DNA from: an uncultured Methanosarcinales archaeon
GTDB lineage: Archaea; Nanobdellota; Nanobdellia; Woesearchaeales; CAIVOO01
Assembly: GCA_964485195.1 (NCBI GenBank)
Contig: CAZAIK010000001.1
Location: 1-64,000 of the forward strand
Direction of reading: 5' to 3'
DNA length: 64,000 nucleotides
Below, in pieces: positions 39,804-51,179 of the stretch. Both the position numbers and the translations under genes were made by a program. The notes beneath the pieces were generated by a model. The model was not told the origin of the DNA. It saw only the letters and a list, made by a program, of their open reading frames with translations, and ran no database searches. The stretch's first letter is position 1, and each line of letters begins with the position of its first letter.

Positions 39804-40940
39804 ATGGCAAGGATACTCTATGCTGTTCACGGGGAAGGGATGGGACACGCTATCCGAAGCAAAGTTGTCATCAAGCATCTGTTGAGGAAAAAACACGAAG
39901 TGGTAATTGTCGCAGGCGGAAAGGCCTTCCCTTTTTTGTCGAAAATTTTTAATAATGTTTACAACATAGACTGCTTTAACATAGTGTACAAGAAAAACAG
40001 GGCTACGAACATTGACACTAGCGTTAATTATCTCAGGAAACTGCCTGTCACAGTCACCAGAAATTTCAGGAGCCTGCTGAAGATAATAGTCAATTTTGAG
40101 CCCCATCTGCTCATCACTGATTTTGAGCCTTTCTCCAATTTCATATCCAGGCTTTTGAGGATTCCTGTAATAGCCCTGGACAACATAACGATGATAAGGA
40201 AGGGAAAGTTCAAGATTCCCCGAAGCGAAATACTGTCTTATCTTACTGCCAGGCTCATAACAAACTTATTCAACCAAATAAATGCAAACAGGTACATCAT
40301 AACCACATTTTTTTACCCCAAGATAAAAAGGATGAGAAACACTGTTTTTGTGCCTCCCGTACTGAGGCAGCGAATCATTAGAACAAAGCCGGCCAAGGGA
40401 AGGCATATCCTGGTTTACCAGACTTCAATCACCAACAAGGCATTGCTTGATGAGCTGAAAGGAGTGGATGAGAAATTCCTGATTTATGGTTTTGATGAAG
40501 AGAAAAAGGACCAAAACCTTATCTTCAGAAAATTCAGCGAGAAGGACTTTGTAAAAGACCTGGCCTCCTGCAAGGCTCTTATTGTAAATGGAGGGTTCAC
40601 TGTTATAAGCGAGGCTATCTACCTCCACAAGCCTACCTTTTCAGTGCCGGTCAGGAACCAGTTTGAGCAAATCCTGAACGCTATTTATGTGGAAAAACTC
40701 GGCTACGGAGAGTATCATAAAAAGGCCACGGCAGACGTGATAAGAAAATTCCTGAAAAACACAGGCAAATACAGAAAAAACCTGGCAGGATATCATCAGG
40801 AAGGGAATAAATTATTGTTTGAAGAGGTTGACAAAACCATAAAGGAATTAATGAATAAAAAAAGTTATTTGCACAACATAAAATTTATAAATAAACGCCT
40901 TTTCGAGTTTTTGAACAGGCTGGAGGTGTTCAATAGATGA
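39804..40940 (+). CDS. glycosyltransferase, MJ1255/VC2487-like (GT-B)
   Basis: [32 protein letters not shown]. Confidence 0.9.
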   Translation: MARILYAVHGEGMGHAIRSKVVIKHLLRKKHEVVIVAGGKAFPFLSKIFNNVYNIDCFNIVYKKNRATNIDTSVNYLRKLPVTVTRNFRSLLKIIVNFEPHLLITDFEPFSNFISRLLRIPVIALDNITMIRKGKFKIPRSEILSYLTARLITNLFNQINANRYIITTFFYPKIKRMRNTVFVPPVLRQRIIRTKPAKGRHILVYQTSITNKALLDELKGVDEKFLIYGFDEEKKDQNLIFRKFSEKDFVKDLASCKALIVNGGFTVISEAIYLHKPTFSVPVRNQFEQILNAIYVEKLGYGEYHKKATADVIRKFLKNTGKYRKNLAGYHQEGNKLLFEEVDKTIKELMNKKSYLHNIKFINKRLFEFLNRLEVFNR

Positions 40941-42892
40941 TATGGATTGTTTTGCTCATCGCCATAATTTCAATTTGCTTTGCTTTATTCACAGCTTACA
41001 GCATTTCCAGGAAGGACAGTGGAAATGCAAAGATGAAGGAAATCGCATCTTCCATACACGAAGGCGCAATGGCTTTTCTTTCCCAGGAGTACAAGGCATT
41101 AGCAATATTTGTTATCGCTGTTTTTGTTGTTCTTTTCACCTTGATTAACTGGCAGACAGCAATTGCCTTCATTTTCGGAGCAGTTGCCTCTGCTGTCGCG
41201 GGGTTTGTGGGAATGAAGGTTGCCACTATGGCAAATGTGCGCACCACCGCAGCTGCCATGACAAGATTGAGCAAGGCGTTGAGGATAGCGTTTTCTTCAG
41301 GCTCTGTTACAGGGTTTATGGTTGTGGGCATAGGCCTCCTGGGAATTACCATTTTTTATATGATCTATGGAGACCCTGCGCTTGTCTTTGGTTTTGGATT
41401 CGGAGCCTCTTCCATAGCCCTCTTTGCAAGGGTAGGGGGAGGAATCTATACCAAGGCAGCTGATGTCGGAGCAGATTTGGTTGGAAAGGTGGAAGCGGGA
41501 ATTCCTGAGGATGACCCGCGAAACCCCGCGGTTATCGCAGATAATGTGGGAGATAATGTGGGGGATGTCGCAGGAATGGGGGCTGACCTTTTTGAAAGCT
41601 ATGTTGGCTCCATAATAGCTGCAATGAGCCTGGGAGTCCTTGTTTTTGGCATCAGCGGAGCGTTATTCCCACTTATGGTCGCAGGTGCGGGAATCATCGC
41701 CTCAATAATAGGAAGCTTTTTTGTAAAGACCAAAAAGGAGCACAAGATTCATCCTGCATTGAGGAACGGTCTTATGATAAGCTCTGCACTCGTGATAATT
41801 GCTGCATTTTTTCTGAGCAGGGAACTGCTGGGCAGTTTGGGGGCGTTTTACGCCACAGCGGCAGGGCTTGCTGTCGGAATCATAATAGGTCTGCTTACTG
41901 AGTATTACACCTCGGATTCTTACAAGCCTGTTCAGGGAATCGCAGATTCCTCAAAAACAGGGGCAGCAACCAACATAATAAGAGGCCTTGCTGTCGGAAT
42001 GGAAAGCACTGTGCTTCCTATCATATTCATAGCAATAGCAATATTCACAGGATATTATTTTGAAGGGCTTTTCGGGACTGCCATGGCAGCTGTGGGTATG
42101 CTCAGCACTTTGGGAATATCCCTTGCCATTGACGCCTACGGGCCAGTTGCAGACAATGCAGGGGGAATTGCAGAGATGGCGGGACTGCCCGAGAATGTCA
42201 GGAAAAGAACAGACTCCCTTGACTCTGTTGGGAACACAACTGCTGCCATGGGGAAAGGATTTGCCATAGGCTCTGCAGCTTTGACCGCGCTCGCCCTGTT
42301 TGCAGTCTATTCGCAGACAGCAAATTTAGAAGTTATTTCATTGACAAACCCCGCAGTGATAATAGGCTTGCTGATAGGAGGGGTTATGCCATTCATCTTT
42401 TCAGCGATGACTATGACTGCTGTGGGAAAGGCAGCTTTCAAGATGATTGAAGAGGTAAGAAGGCAGTTCAAAAGCATAAAAGGCCTGATGAAAGGCAAGG
42501 CAAAGCCGGATTATGCAAAATGCGTTAAGATTTCAGCCAACGCAGCAATAAAGGGGATGATAGCCCCCGGAATACTCGCAGTGCTTGCTCCCATAATCAT
42601 CGGCCTTTTGCTTGGAACAGAGGCTTTGGGAGGCTTCCTGGCAGGAGCCCTGGTGACAGGGATAATCCTTGCCATAATGATGGCAAACGCAGGAGGGGCC
42701 TGGGACAATGCCAAGAAATACATAGAAGGCGGAAGGATGGGAGGAAAAGGCTCTGATGCCCACAAGGCTGCAGTGGTGGGAGACACGGTGGGCGATCCCT
42801 TCAAGGACTGCAGCGGGCCCAGCATTAACATCCTGATAAAGCTGATGACCATAATTGCGTTGCTGTTCGTCCCTGTTTTTCTTGGCCTTTGA
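40937..42892 (+). CDS. hppA: membrane ion-translocating pyrophosphatase, K+-dependent type
   Basis: [35 protein letters not shown] (Ala marks K+-dependent class), [10 protein letters not shown]. Confidence 0.97.
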   Translation: MIWIVLLIAIISICFALFTAYSISRKDSGNAKMKEIASSIHEGAMAFLSQEYKALAIFVIAVFVVLFTLINWQTAIAFIFGAVASAVAGFVGMKVATMANVRTTAAAMTRLSKALRIAFSSGSVTGFMVVGIGLLGITIFYMIYGDPALVFGFGFGASSIALFARVGGGIYTKAADVGADLVGKVEAGIPEDDPRNPAVIADNVGDNVGDVAGMGADLFESYVGSIIAAMSLGVLVFGISGALFPLMVAGAGIIASIIGSFFVKTKKEHKIHPALRNGLMISSALVIIAAFFLSRELLGSLGAFYATAAGLAVGIIIGLLTEYYTSDSYKPVQGIADSSKTGAATNIIRGLAVGMESTVLPIIFIAIAIFTGYYFEGLFGTAMAAVGMLSTLGISLAIDAYGPVADNAGGIAEMAGLPENVRKRTDSLDSVGNTTAAMGKGFAIGSAALTALALFAVYSQTANLEVISLTNPAVIIGLLIGGVMPFIFSAMTMTAVGKAAFKMIEEVRRQFKSIKGLMKGKAKPDYAKCVKISANAAIKGMIAPGILAVLAPIIIGLLLGTEALGGFLAGALVTGIILAIMMANAGGAWDNAKKYIEGGRMGGKGSDAHKAAVVGDTVGDPFKDCSGPSINILIKLMTIIALLFVPVFLGL

Positions 42893-42970
42893 TCACAAAT
42901 TAACGGAAATATTCCGGGATTTCAAGTTAGTTTAGTTAATTTTTTATATTCTGATGCAATCCTCTTTTCA

Positions 42971-43411
42971 ATGGGAGCGGTAAAAGAATTCATATCAACA
43001 GTCTTTATCGTGGATAATGGCAAAGTTCTTTTAACGTGGAATAAAAAATGCAATATCTGGGTGCCTGTCGGAGGTCATATTGAGGCAAATGAACTGCCTT
43101 GTAATTCTGTCATAAGGGAAGCAAAAGAAGAATCAGGGCTTGACATTGAGCTTGTTTCTGTGAACAAGGCAGACACAGCCAACATCGCGCAGCCTGCCCA
43201 GATGAACCTTGACCACGTAAGCGAAGACCACAAGCACATTAATCTTATGTATTTCGCTGTTGTCAAAGGCGGTGTGATGATGAAGGAAAGTGATGAGGGA
43301 ACTGCTTTGAAATGGTTCTCCAAACAGGAGCTTGAAGAGGAGGGCCTGCTTCCAAACATAAAAGAATGGGCAATCAAAGCAATTGAACACTTCAGCAACC
43401 ACAATTCTTAA
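42971..43411 (+). CDS. NUDIX hydrolase
   Basis: GGHIEANE...REAKEESGL. Confidence 0.93.
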   Translation: MGAVKEFISTVFIVDNGKVLLTWNKKCNIWVPVGGHIEANELPCNSVIREAKEESGLDIELVSVNKADTANIAQPAQMNLDHVSEDHKHINLMYFAVVKGGVMMKESDEGTALKWFSKQELEEEGLLPNIKEWAIKAIEHFSNHNS

Positions 43412-43436
43412 AAAACCAACCCTTATTACTTCTTTT

Positions 43437-44078
43437 ATGAAAAACATCCTGGTAGTGTGCGCCCATCCTGATGATGAGGTTTTCGGGCCGGGCGGGACAA
43501 TGGCAAAATACTCCAATGAAGGTTTCAAAGTAGATGCCATTATCTTTTCCTATGGGGAGCAGAGCCATCCCTGGCTGAAAAAAAAATTCGTTGTTGACAC
43601 CAGGATTAAGGAGCAGAAAAAGGCCAGCGAATTACTTGGGATCAAAAACACAGTGTTTTTTGGGTTAAGAGAGGGCTATTTCAAGGAGGGCATAGAAAAG
43701 GAAAGCATCCTCAAAAAACTGGTTTCCCTGATTAAAAGGAAAAAGCCAGTGAAGATATTCACCCACTCCATAGATGATCCGCATCCTGATCATAACATAG
43801 TGCACAAGACTGTGCTTGAAGCTTTAGAGAAATCCAAGCACAAGTGCGATGTTTACACATTTGACGTTTGGAACCCGGTTAACATTATGAAAAGGAAAAA
43901 GCCAAAGCTTTACGTGGACATATCAGACACTTTCGGGAAGAAGATAGGGGCTCTCAAGTGCTTCAAGAGCCAGAAGGTTTCCCTCATCTCCCTGCTGTGG
44001 AGCGTTTACCTCAAGGCTGTAATCAGCGGAATAGAAAACAAAACAAGATTTGCAGAGGTCTTTTACAAGGTAAAATGA
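43437..44078 (+). CDS. PIG-L family deacetylase
   Basis: AHPDDE, HPDH, FKSQ. Confidence 0.93.
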   Translation: MKNILVVCAHPDDEVFGPGGTMAKYSNEGFKVDAIIFSYGEQSHPWLKKKFVVDTRIKEQKKASELLGIKNTVFFGLREGYFKEGIEKESILKKLVSLIKRKKPVKIFTHSIDDPHPDHNIVHKTVLEALEKSKHKCDVYTFDVWNPVNIMKRKKPKLYVDISDTFGKKIGALKCFKSQKVSLISLLWSVYLKAVISGIENKTRFAEVFYKVK

Positions 44079-45226
44079 GAAAAATAGTGATAGCGGCGGA
44101 TACATACTTCCCAAAGAAAGACGGGGTGACAAGTTTTCTCAGGAATGTTGTCCCCAGGCTGGCAAAGCATTATTTCGTGACACTGCTGGTTCCTGATTTT
44201 GACGGCAAGGGAAAGTTCTTTGACATAAAAAACATTAACGAGATAAGGTTTCCCATAGACAAAAAAAGAAGCTTCGGCGGTTATAATTTTATCAAGAAGA
44301 CTAAGAAACTGCACAGGATAATGAAAAGGGAAATACGAAACTGCGACCTGGTATTTTCCCAGGATATTGCCTACATAGGCAGAAAAGCAGTAAAATACGC
44401 CAGGGATTGCAAAAAGCCTTCAGTCTCTTACGTCCACCAAATTACCTGGGACCAGCTGGCGAGTATGATGGGCGACCGCTTTAGTGAATGGTTCTGGAAG
44501 GCTGTCGCTAAAATTTTCGCGAAGGGCGTGTACAGAAAATCCTCAATGCTTTGCGTTCCTTCCAGGAAAACAGCCTGGGAACTTAAAAGGGTGGGTGTTG
44601 ACAAGGAAAAGGCAATTATCCACCTGGGGGTTGACCTGGAAAAATTTAAGCCCCCAAAAAACAAGTCTTCTGCAAAGGTCAATATCAAGATCAGCCCTGA
44701 AAAGAATGTTATTGGCTACGCAGGCAGGGTGAGCAGGGAAAAGAACCTTTCCACATTAAGGCAGGCATTTTTGGCAGTCAAGGAAAAATATCCTGATGCT
44801 GTTCTCCTGATAGCAGGGGGAGGGAGCGAAGAAGAGATTAAAGAGCTTAAAAACACCGAAGACACAATAATCACTGGTTTTGTAAAGGACGTGTCACCTT
44901 ACCTGAGGGCTATGGACATTTTTGTCCTTCCAAGCCTGACTGAGACAACCTCGCTGGTCACTATGGAGGCTATGGCCTGCTCTGTGCCGGTAATTACCAC
45001 AAATGTGGGAAGGCTGCCTGAATACGTGAGGCACAACATAAATGGCTATCTGTTCAGGCCCAGGGATGCAGAGGCGCTAAAGAAATACCTGGAAAAGCTT
45101 TTGTCAGATCCCAGGAGGAGAATGAATATGGCTTATAACGCGAGAAAGGACATTTCCAATTTCAGCTGGGATTCTACTGTGCAGGGGCTGACGAAGGTGT
45201 TTGAAGGGCTGTTTCATCAAACCTGA
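44075..45226 (+). CDS. glycosyltransferase family 4
   Basis: DTYFP..DGV, GRVSREKN, PSLTET...MEAMA. Confidence 0.93.
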   Translation: MRKIVIAADTYFPKKDGVTSFLRNVVPRLAKHYFVTLLVPDFDGKGKFFDIKNINEIRFPIDKKRSFGGYNFIKKTKKLHRIMKREIRNCDLVFSQDIAYIGRKAVKYARDCKKPSVSYVHQITWDQLASMMGDRFSEWFWKAVAKIFAKGVYRKSSMLCVPSRKTAWELKRVGVDKEKAIIHLGVDLEKFKPPKNKSSAKVNIKISPEKNVIGYAGRVSREKNLSTLRQAFLAVKEKYPDAVLLIAGGGSEEEIKELKNTEDTIITGFVKDVSPYLRAMDIFVLPSLTETTSLVTMEAMACSVPVITTNVGRLPEYVRHNINGYLFRPRDAEALKKYLEKLLSDPRRRMNMAYNARKDISNFSWDSTVQGLTKVFEGLFHQT

Positions 45227-48200
45227 GGCTGACCACTTTTGACTTGCCGTCCTCAACCATAGAGACACCATAAAGATAGTCTGCCTCCGCGATGACCGCA
45301 TCGTTATGGGAAATTATCACATATTGCGCGTTTTCAGAGTATTTCCTCACGAGTTTCGCAAATTTCTCTGAATTTCTCTTGTCCAGCGCCGCGTCCACCT
45401 CATCAAGCACATAGAAATATGCAGGCTCGTGCTCTTGTATGGAAAATATGAATGCCAGGGCTGTTAAGGTCTTCTCACCCCCTGACAAGCTTCTGATGTC
45501 CAGGAATTTGTTGCCTGAAATCCTGACCTTGATCAGAAGGCCTCCCTCAAAAGGGGAATCCTTGTTTTCAAGCACCAGGTTTGATTCTCCCTTGGTGGAG
45601 AGGGCTGAAAATATGTTTTTGAAATTGTTGTTGACTTTTTCAAATGTTTCCATAAACAAGTCCTTTTTCTTTGTCTCTATCTCATTCATCATTACAAGCA
45701 CGTCATCCTTTTCATTTTTCAGGTTTTCTTTCTTTTCCACCAGCTTCTTGTAGTCCTCTGCCACGTTATCATAAACTTCCAGTGCTCTCATGTTTATGTT
45801 TCCGGCGCCGGCCAGGAATGATTCAGCACTTTTTACTTCCTTTCTGAGGTCCTCCTCTGACTTGTGGGTAAAAAGCTCTGTTCCTTCATACTGCTTGAAT
45901 TCCCTCTGCAGCGCTTCCATATCAGCCAATATTCTTGCTCTCTCCAGGTTTTGCTCATTATGCCTCAATTCAATTTTCCTGGAATTTTCAGAAAGGTCTT
46001 CAAGCTTCTTGTCCATTTTCTTGAGCTCTTCGTCCATCTTCTGCCTTTTTGAGAAGAGCCCCTTGAATTTGCCGTAGAATTCTGACTGGGCTTTTTCTTT
46101 GTCCTTCAGTGTTTTTTCATCGGATTTTATCTTGTCAGCTATTTCCCTAATCTTGTTCTTGAATTCCTCCTTTTCTTTCGCGTGCTGCTTGATTATCTTG
46201 GATATCTTCTCTTTTTCAGGCCGGATTATGCTCTCCTTTTGCGATTCAATGTTCTTAATCTCTGAAGTCTTCTCCATTAGTTTGTCATTGGTTTCCTGCT
46301 TCTTTTCCTCAAACGCCTTCAGTTCTGCTATGACAGAAGGATTCCGCAACTCGCTTATCTTGTCTCGTAGTTCCTGCTTTTTTACTTTTATCTCGGTTAA
46401 TTTTTCATTCTCAGAATCTATTCGGGACTGTAACGCCTTTGTCTCCTTTTCAACCTTTTCAATGTCCTTGTTAAGCTGTGATTTTAATTTTTTATTCACC
46501 TCCATATCCCCTGACTCCAGATGAAGGGCTTTTTCCATCTTGATGATTTCACCCTCAAGGGATGCCTTTTCTTTTCTCAGCTTTTCTATTTGCTTTTCAT
46601 TTTCCCTTTTTTTCTTTTCAAGGGATTTTATGACAGATTCGTTTTCTTCCAGTATCTTCTTGTGTTTTTCAACTCCTTCCTTAATGTCCTTTTCCCTGAA
46701 GCCTATTCCCTTGCTTCCTTTTCCTCTGTATCCTCCCTGCATAGCTCCGCTGATTTCTGCCAGGTCCCCGTCAAGGGTTACCATCTTAACCTTTCCTATC
46801 CCAACCTTCCTTGAAACGTCCAGGTCGTCCACAATCAGGGAGTCCTTGAACACATAAGAGAAAACGTCCTTGAACTTCGGGCTGAACTTGACAAGGTCTA
46901 TGGCAAACCCGTGAATCCCCTTCTCCTTCTTGAGGGCTGCGGTCTCCTGGCTGATTGTCTTTGACCTTATCTTGTTAAGCGGGAAAAATGTGGCAACCCC
47001 GAACCTGTTCTGCTTCAGGTATTTTATGCACTGCGCTGCCACTTTATCATCTTCAACAACTATGCCTTTTATCTTGTTACCTGCTGCGATCTCCAGGGCG
47101 AGGGAGTATTTTGAACTGACCTCTCCCAGCTCGGACAAGGGCCCGTGCACCCCTTTTATCCCGCTTTCAGATATTTTCTTGACAGCAACGTCCCCTGCCA
47201 CTGTCTCCTGGATTCTTATGTTCCGGGCGTTTAGCTTTACCAGTTCCTCCTGGGCATTGTTCACTTTTCTTTTCGCCTCGCCTAATTGCGATGAAAGCGA
47301 AGAGTCTTCCTCAAGCTTCCCGCCCAGCTGCACAGTGATTTTCTTGAAATCCTGCTGTTTTTTCTTCAGCTCATCTATCTGATCTTTCTGCTCTTTTTCA
47401 ATAGCAAGGACTTTCTGTATTTTTTCGTCAGCGGATTGTATCTGGAATTCCAGCCTGTCCTTTTTCCTCAGAAGTTCCTGCTGTTCCTGCCTTAAAGAAA
47501 TGATTTCTTTTTGTTTGTCCTCTAACTTTTTGTCAATCTCCTCTATGCTGTTCTCAACGTCCCCAAGATTGTCAATCTCGTGCTTCTTCTTGAATTCATC
47601 TATCTTCCTGTCAAGATCTTCAAGGGTTTTCTTGTCTGATTCTGCTGATTTCTGAACCTCTTTTTTCCTTTCCTCCAGCTTACGCTCTTTCTCGTCCAGC
47701 TCTGTTATGTTTGAATTAAGGTTTTGTATCCTTTCCCTTATCTTCTGGATTTCTGTTTCATACGCCTCCTTCCTGCTTATGGAAGTGGCAAGTTCAACTT
47801 TAAGCGATTCCACCTCTTTCTGGACCGAAACCTGCTCTTTTTCGCCTTTTGCCTCTATCTCCTTGTTTATTTTTTGTATCTCTTCCTTTTTGCCTGCAAT
47901 AGCCTGCTTTATGTCACCAATCTGACTGTTCAGGCTGTCCATTTTCTCCTGAAACTTGCCTACTTTCTTATCGTATTCCTCTTTTTTGGTGTTTTTCCTC
48001 TTAATCTGAAGATTGAGAAGTGAAGCCTTGTTCTTGTTGAGCTTGTCCGTGATATCCTTGTATTTCAATGCCTGGTCCCTGTCCTTTTTCAGGTCCTTTA
48101 ATGTTGACTCCCTCTCCTTCAGGATTATATCCGCCTCCCTTAATTTTTCCTCAACGTGGTTAAGCTCATTAACTGCCTTATTCTTCTTTTCGTCATAAAT

Positions 48201-48707
48201 GGAAATTCCAGAGATTTCATCCAGCAGCCCTCTCCTGTCCAAAGGGGACATTTCGCAGAACCTTACAATATCCCCCTGCAGTATTATGTTGTACCCCTGG
48301 GGGTCTATTTTTCCCAGCCCCAGCATTTCAAGGACCTGCTGCCTTGTCATTGTCTTGTCATTAATCTTGTAAATGCTCTGGCCGGTCTTCTTCACAATCC
48401 TTGAAACCTTGATTTCAGGCACTTCAAAGGGAAAAATGCCCCTTTCATTGTCAAAGAAGATGGAAACCTCAGCCTCTTTTGCCGGCTTTTTGGTCTTGCC
48501 CCCATTATAAATCAGATTTGTTGATTTCTCAGCCCTCATGGACTTTGCTGATGTCCTTCCCAGCACAAAGCACAGGGCGTCAAGTACATTGCTCTTCCCG
48601 GAGCCGTTGGGGCCCAGAATGCAGTTGAAATTGTCCCCGAATACGAGCTCAGTCCTCCTGGCAAAGGACTTGAAACCGTGCATTACAAGACGCGTGATTT
48701 TTGTCAT
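45174..48707 (-). CDS. smc: chromosome segregation protein SMC
   Basis: GPNGSGKSN, coiled coils, hinge, LSGGEK, LDEVDAALD. Confidence 0.98.
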   Translation of the reverse strand: MTKITRLVMHGFKSFARRTELVFGDNFNCILGPNGSGKSNVLDALCFVLGRTSAKSMRAEKSTNLIYNGGKTKKPAKEAEVSIFFDNERGIFPFEVPEIKVSRIVKKTGQSIYKINDKTMTRQQVLEMLGLGKIDPQGYNIILQGDIVRFCEMSPLDRRGLLDEISGISIYDEKKNKAVNELNHVEEKLREADIILKERESTLKDLKKDRDQALKYKDITDKLNKNKASLLNLQIKRKNTKKEEYDKKVGKFQEKMDSLNSQIGDIKQAIAGKKEEIQKINKEIEAKGEKEQVSVQKEVESLKVELATSISRKEAYETEIQKIRERIQNLNSNITELDEKERKLEERKKEVQKSAESDKKTLEDLDRKIDEFKKKHEIDNLGDVENSIEEIDKKLEDKQKEIISLRQEQQELLRKKDRLEFQIQSADEKIQKVLAIEKEQKDQIDELKKKQQDFKKITVQLGGKLEEDSSLSSQLGEAKRKVNNAQEELVKLNARNIRIQETVAGDVAVKKISESGIKGVHGPLSELGEVSSKYSLALEIAAGNKIKGIVVEDDKVAAQCIKYLKQNRFGVATFFPLNKIRSKTISQETAALKKEKGIHGFAIDLVKFSPKFKDVFSYVFKDSLIVDDLDVSRKVGIGKVKMVTLDGDLAEISGAMQGGYRGKGSKGIGFREKDIKEGVEKHKKILEENESVIKSLEKKKRENEKQIEKLRKEKASLEGEIIKMEKALHLESGDMEVNKKLKSQLNKDIEKVEKETKALQSRIDSENEKLTEIKVKKQELRDKISELRNPSVIAELKAFEEKKQETNDKLMEKTSEIKNIESQKESIIRPEKEKISKIIKQHAKEKEEFKNKIREIADKIKSDEKTLKDKEKAQSEFYGKFKGLFSKRQKMDEELKKMDKKLEDLSENSRKIELRHNEQNLERARILADMEALQREFKQYEGTELFTHKSEEDLRKEVKSAESFLAGAGNINMRALEVYDNVAEDYKKLVEKKENLKNEKDDVLVMMNEIETKKKDLFMETFEKVNNNFKNIFSALSTKGESNLVLENKDSPFEGGLLIKVRISGNKFLDIRSLSGGEKTLTALAFIFSIQEHEPAYFYVLDEVDAALDKRNSEKFAKLVRKYSENAQYVIISHNDAVIAEADYLYGVSMVEDGKSKVVSLRFDETALQTPSSAPAQ

Positions 48708-48787
48708 ATAATTGAAAATTTGGGTTCTTATTCCTTTTTAAAGGTTTTGAATCTTTTAATAGCTTAATTTATAAAGATTTTAAAGAA

Positions 48788-49438
48788 TTAAAACCCTTCC
48801 AGCCTGCTCTGCCCTGCATCCTTCTTTGCTTTTTTAAAGGTGGTCCAGCTGTGCCTGAAGATTTCAGGGTGCTTGCTGAAGTTCTTTTTCAGGAATTCCT
48901 TTGTGACAGGATCTGCAGGATACCCGCTTCCTATTTTGCCGTATTTTTTTTCAAGTTTTTTGATATGGTCATCCCTTTCGCATTTGGCGAGTATAGAGGC
49001 AGCAGCTACAGTTGGATATTTTGCATCTGCCTTGTGCTCTGCAACGAGCTCCACTTTTGTTTTCAATGATTCCCTGACCCTCTCCCTGTATGCCTTAAGG
49101 TTTGGGCTGGGGCTGTCCAATATTGCCTTGTCCGGCCTGAGCTTTTTGACGATTTCAACGGATTTCTTGGCCTCAAGCCAATTAAGATTGTCCCCGTCCT
49201 TTCCCCTGACAGCCAGGTCAATTTCCTGGGGCTCTACTATGATTATCTCATAGCCTTTAACCAGCTTTTTTATCTTTTCACAGAGAACTTCTCTTCGTCT
49301 GGGAGTAAGCAGTTTTGAATCCCTTACTCTTATGGCTTTCAGGGACTCCTCTCCTTCCTCATCAACAAGAACGCCAGCTATCACCAAGGGACCTATCACA
49401 GGCCCTCTTCCTGCCTCGTCAATCCCGCATATTAACAT
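48788..49438 (-). CDS. rnhB: ribonuclease HII
   Basis: GIDEAGRG, DSK, AASILAK, GSGYP; PIP box QSRLEGF. Confidence 0.97.
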   Translation of the reverse strand: MLICGIDEAGRGPVIGPLVIAGVLVDEEGEESLKAIRVRDSKLLTPRRREVLCEKIKKLVKGYEIIIVEPQEIDLAVRGKDGDNLNWLEAKKSVEIVKKLRPDKAILDSPSPNLKAYRERVRESLKTKVELVAEHKADAKYPTVAAASILAKCERDDHIKKLEKKYGKIGSGYPADPVTKEFLKKNFSKHPEIFRHSWTTFKKAKKDAGQSRLEGF

Positions 49439-49523
49439 TACCGGAATGAATATTTTTGTTTATTTAAATTCTCTTAATTTTGATTAATAAAATTTATAAA
49501 CAACAGGGCAAAAGCAATTAGGT

Positions 49524-49889
49524 ATGCCGCGAATAGCAACAGACATTGTTCAGTTCAAGGGGCTGAGGAACCTGGATGAGGAAGAGAAGGCTTTTCTTGA
49601 CAAGATAGTGCCTGAGTATTATGAAAAAATAAAAAGATACATCCATAATCTTGCAAAGGTTGAGGTGCATTTCAAGAAGATGAGAAGCACCGGCGAAAGG
49701 GCTTTGTTTGACATTAATGTCAAGGTGGCAAGCCCTGAAAGAAAGACATTTGTGGGGACTAACTCCAAGCAGAACAGGTTTGAAGGCTGGCGTTTCTCCA
49801 AGGCGCTGCACGGCGCTTTCAAGGATGTTGAGAACCAGATAAAAAAGGAATTGAAGAAAGACCAGAGCCATCCCAGGCCCAGGGATTAG
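49524..49889 (+). CDS. putative HPF/RaiA-like ribosome-associated protein
   Basis: Pattern EKIKRY...VEVHF...INVKV...ALHGAFKDVENQIKK resembles the HPF fold; judged by eye. Confidence 0.55.
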   Translation: MPRIATDIVQFKGLRNLDEEEKAFLDKIVPEYYEKIKRYIHNLAKVEVHFKKMRSTGERALFDINVKVASPERKTFVGTNSKQNRFEGWRFSKALHGAFKDVENQIKKELKKDQSHPRPRD

Positions 49890-50914
49890 GAATAATTCTT
49901 TTTCATGTCTTCAATTTTCCTGGCAATCAATGGCCTGGCTTCGCTGAAGACAGGTTCTGCAAATTCCATCGTGTACGTTCTGTCTTCAAAAGACCTCTTT
50001 CTTATCTGCTTAATCAGAACATCCTCAAATCCTGCCAATCCCTCGTGAGTGCTCAAGTCCTCGCCGTAAATGTGAAATGAATCAGACCTGTCCTGAAAGG
50101 CTGCAATTTTTATAGGCTCCTCCCTTATTGCTGAAATTCCGTCAGCGATATATTTAATCAGGTGGATGAAAGCGAAGTCATTCATAAACGCTGCTTTATA
50201 CGCATCCCTGCTTCTGAAATCCATATTTGTGTTAAGGTTCCATATTCCTTCAGCGTCCTGCAGCATCCTGAACCAGAACCTTTGGAGACAGGCAGGATCC
50301 CCTATCCCCAAATCAACCCACGGCTGCCAGGTGATTGCCTCCACTCTCCTGGTTATTGGAGAGTTTGCAAGAAGCTCTATTACCTTGTCAACCTGGTTTA
50401 TCGGCTCTGTAATCCCCGGGACCTTATAGCTGAACAATCTTTCGTGATAGGTGTATTCCCATTTCGTGCTATCAGAATCTGTCGCATCCCTGATCAAAAA
50501 GTCTTTTATGCCGTCAATAACTTCCTGCCTGTATTCTTCCAGGGAATCAAGGCCCCCCGGAAAGCACCTGTGAATTATGGGCTCGGAGAGAGGGTTTAAT
50601 ATGGTCATGTTCATTGAACAGTCTATGCTTGGAGGGTCGCAAAAACTGCCGTTCTTGTCCTTCCTGTCATATTCTGTCCTTATCTCGCATCCGGCCCAGT
50701 AAAGAGCAAGCATCGCGTTTTCCCACGCTTCTGGAAGGTTATCGCCCACAACAGAAATCCTTGGTATGCTCCCGGCAATACCCTGACAATTCTCAGGCAG
50801 GGTCAGTCTGCCTGCGGGGGTTATAACTGTTCCCGGCAGGAATATCTTTCCTCCCTTCACCCTGGGAGTTATCAAATCAGAAATATCCTCCCTTTTGTAT
50901 GTTATCTCCCCCAT
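49886..50914 (-). CDS. thyA: thymidylate synthase-like protein (archaeal type)
   Basis: YTYHERL, TRR, PACL, FRSRD...N, SFHIY. Confidence 0.8.
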   Translation of the reverse strand: MGEITYKREDISDLITPRVKGGKIFLPGTVITPAGRLTLPENCQGIAGSIPRISVVGDNLPEAWENAMLALYWAGCEIRTEYDRKDKNGSFCDPPSIDCSMNMTILNPLSEPIIHRCFPGGLDSLEEYRQEVIDGIKDFLIRDATDSDSTKWEYTYHERLFSYKVPGITEPINQVDKVIELLANSPITRRVEAITWQPWVDLGIGDPACLQRFWFRMLQDAEGIWNLNTNMDFRSRDAYKAAFMNDFAFIHLIKYIADGISAIREEPIKIAAFQDRSDSFHIYGEDLSTHEGLAGFEDVLIKQIRKRSFEDRTYTMEFAEPVFSEARPLIARKIEDMKKNYS

Positions 50915-50983
50915 GAGAAAATGAAAAGCTGAATTTTATTTAAGCATTTATTTACTAAATTAATTATTTTAGAATAGTGATAA

Positions 50984-51102
50984 TAGCGGGGAGTGGATTT
51001 GAACCACCGACCTGCGGGTTACCTACAAAACGAAGTTTTGGATTTCCAAAACAGGGGTTTTGATATGAGCCCGCCGGGCACTCCTGACTGCCCCACCCCG
51101 CT
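50984..51102 (-). tRNA. initiator tRNA-Met(CAT) with 44-nt canonical intron (51020-51063)
   Basis: A1-U72 pair; GGG/CCC anticodon stem; CT-CAT-A[intron]A. Confidence 0.93.
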
Positions 51103-51179
51103 ATGAGAAATCAAAAACTGCGGTTTATTTATAAATCTTAGCAAATATTTAAAAACCAGAAGCATTGTTGCCAAATCAT

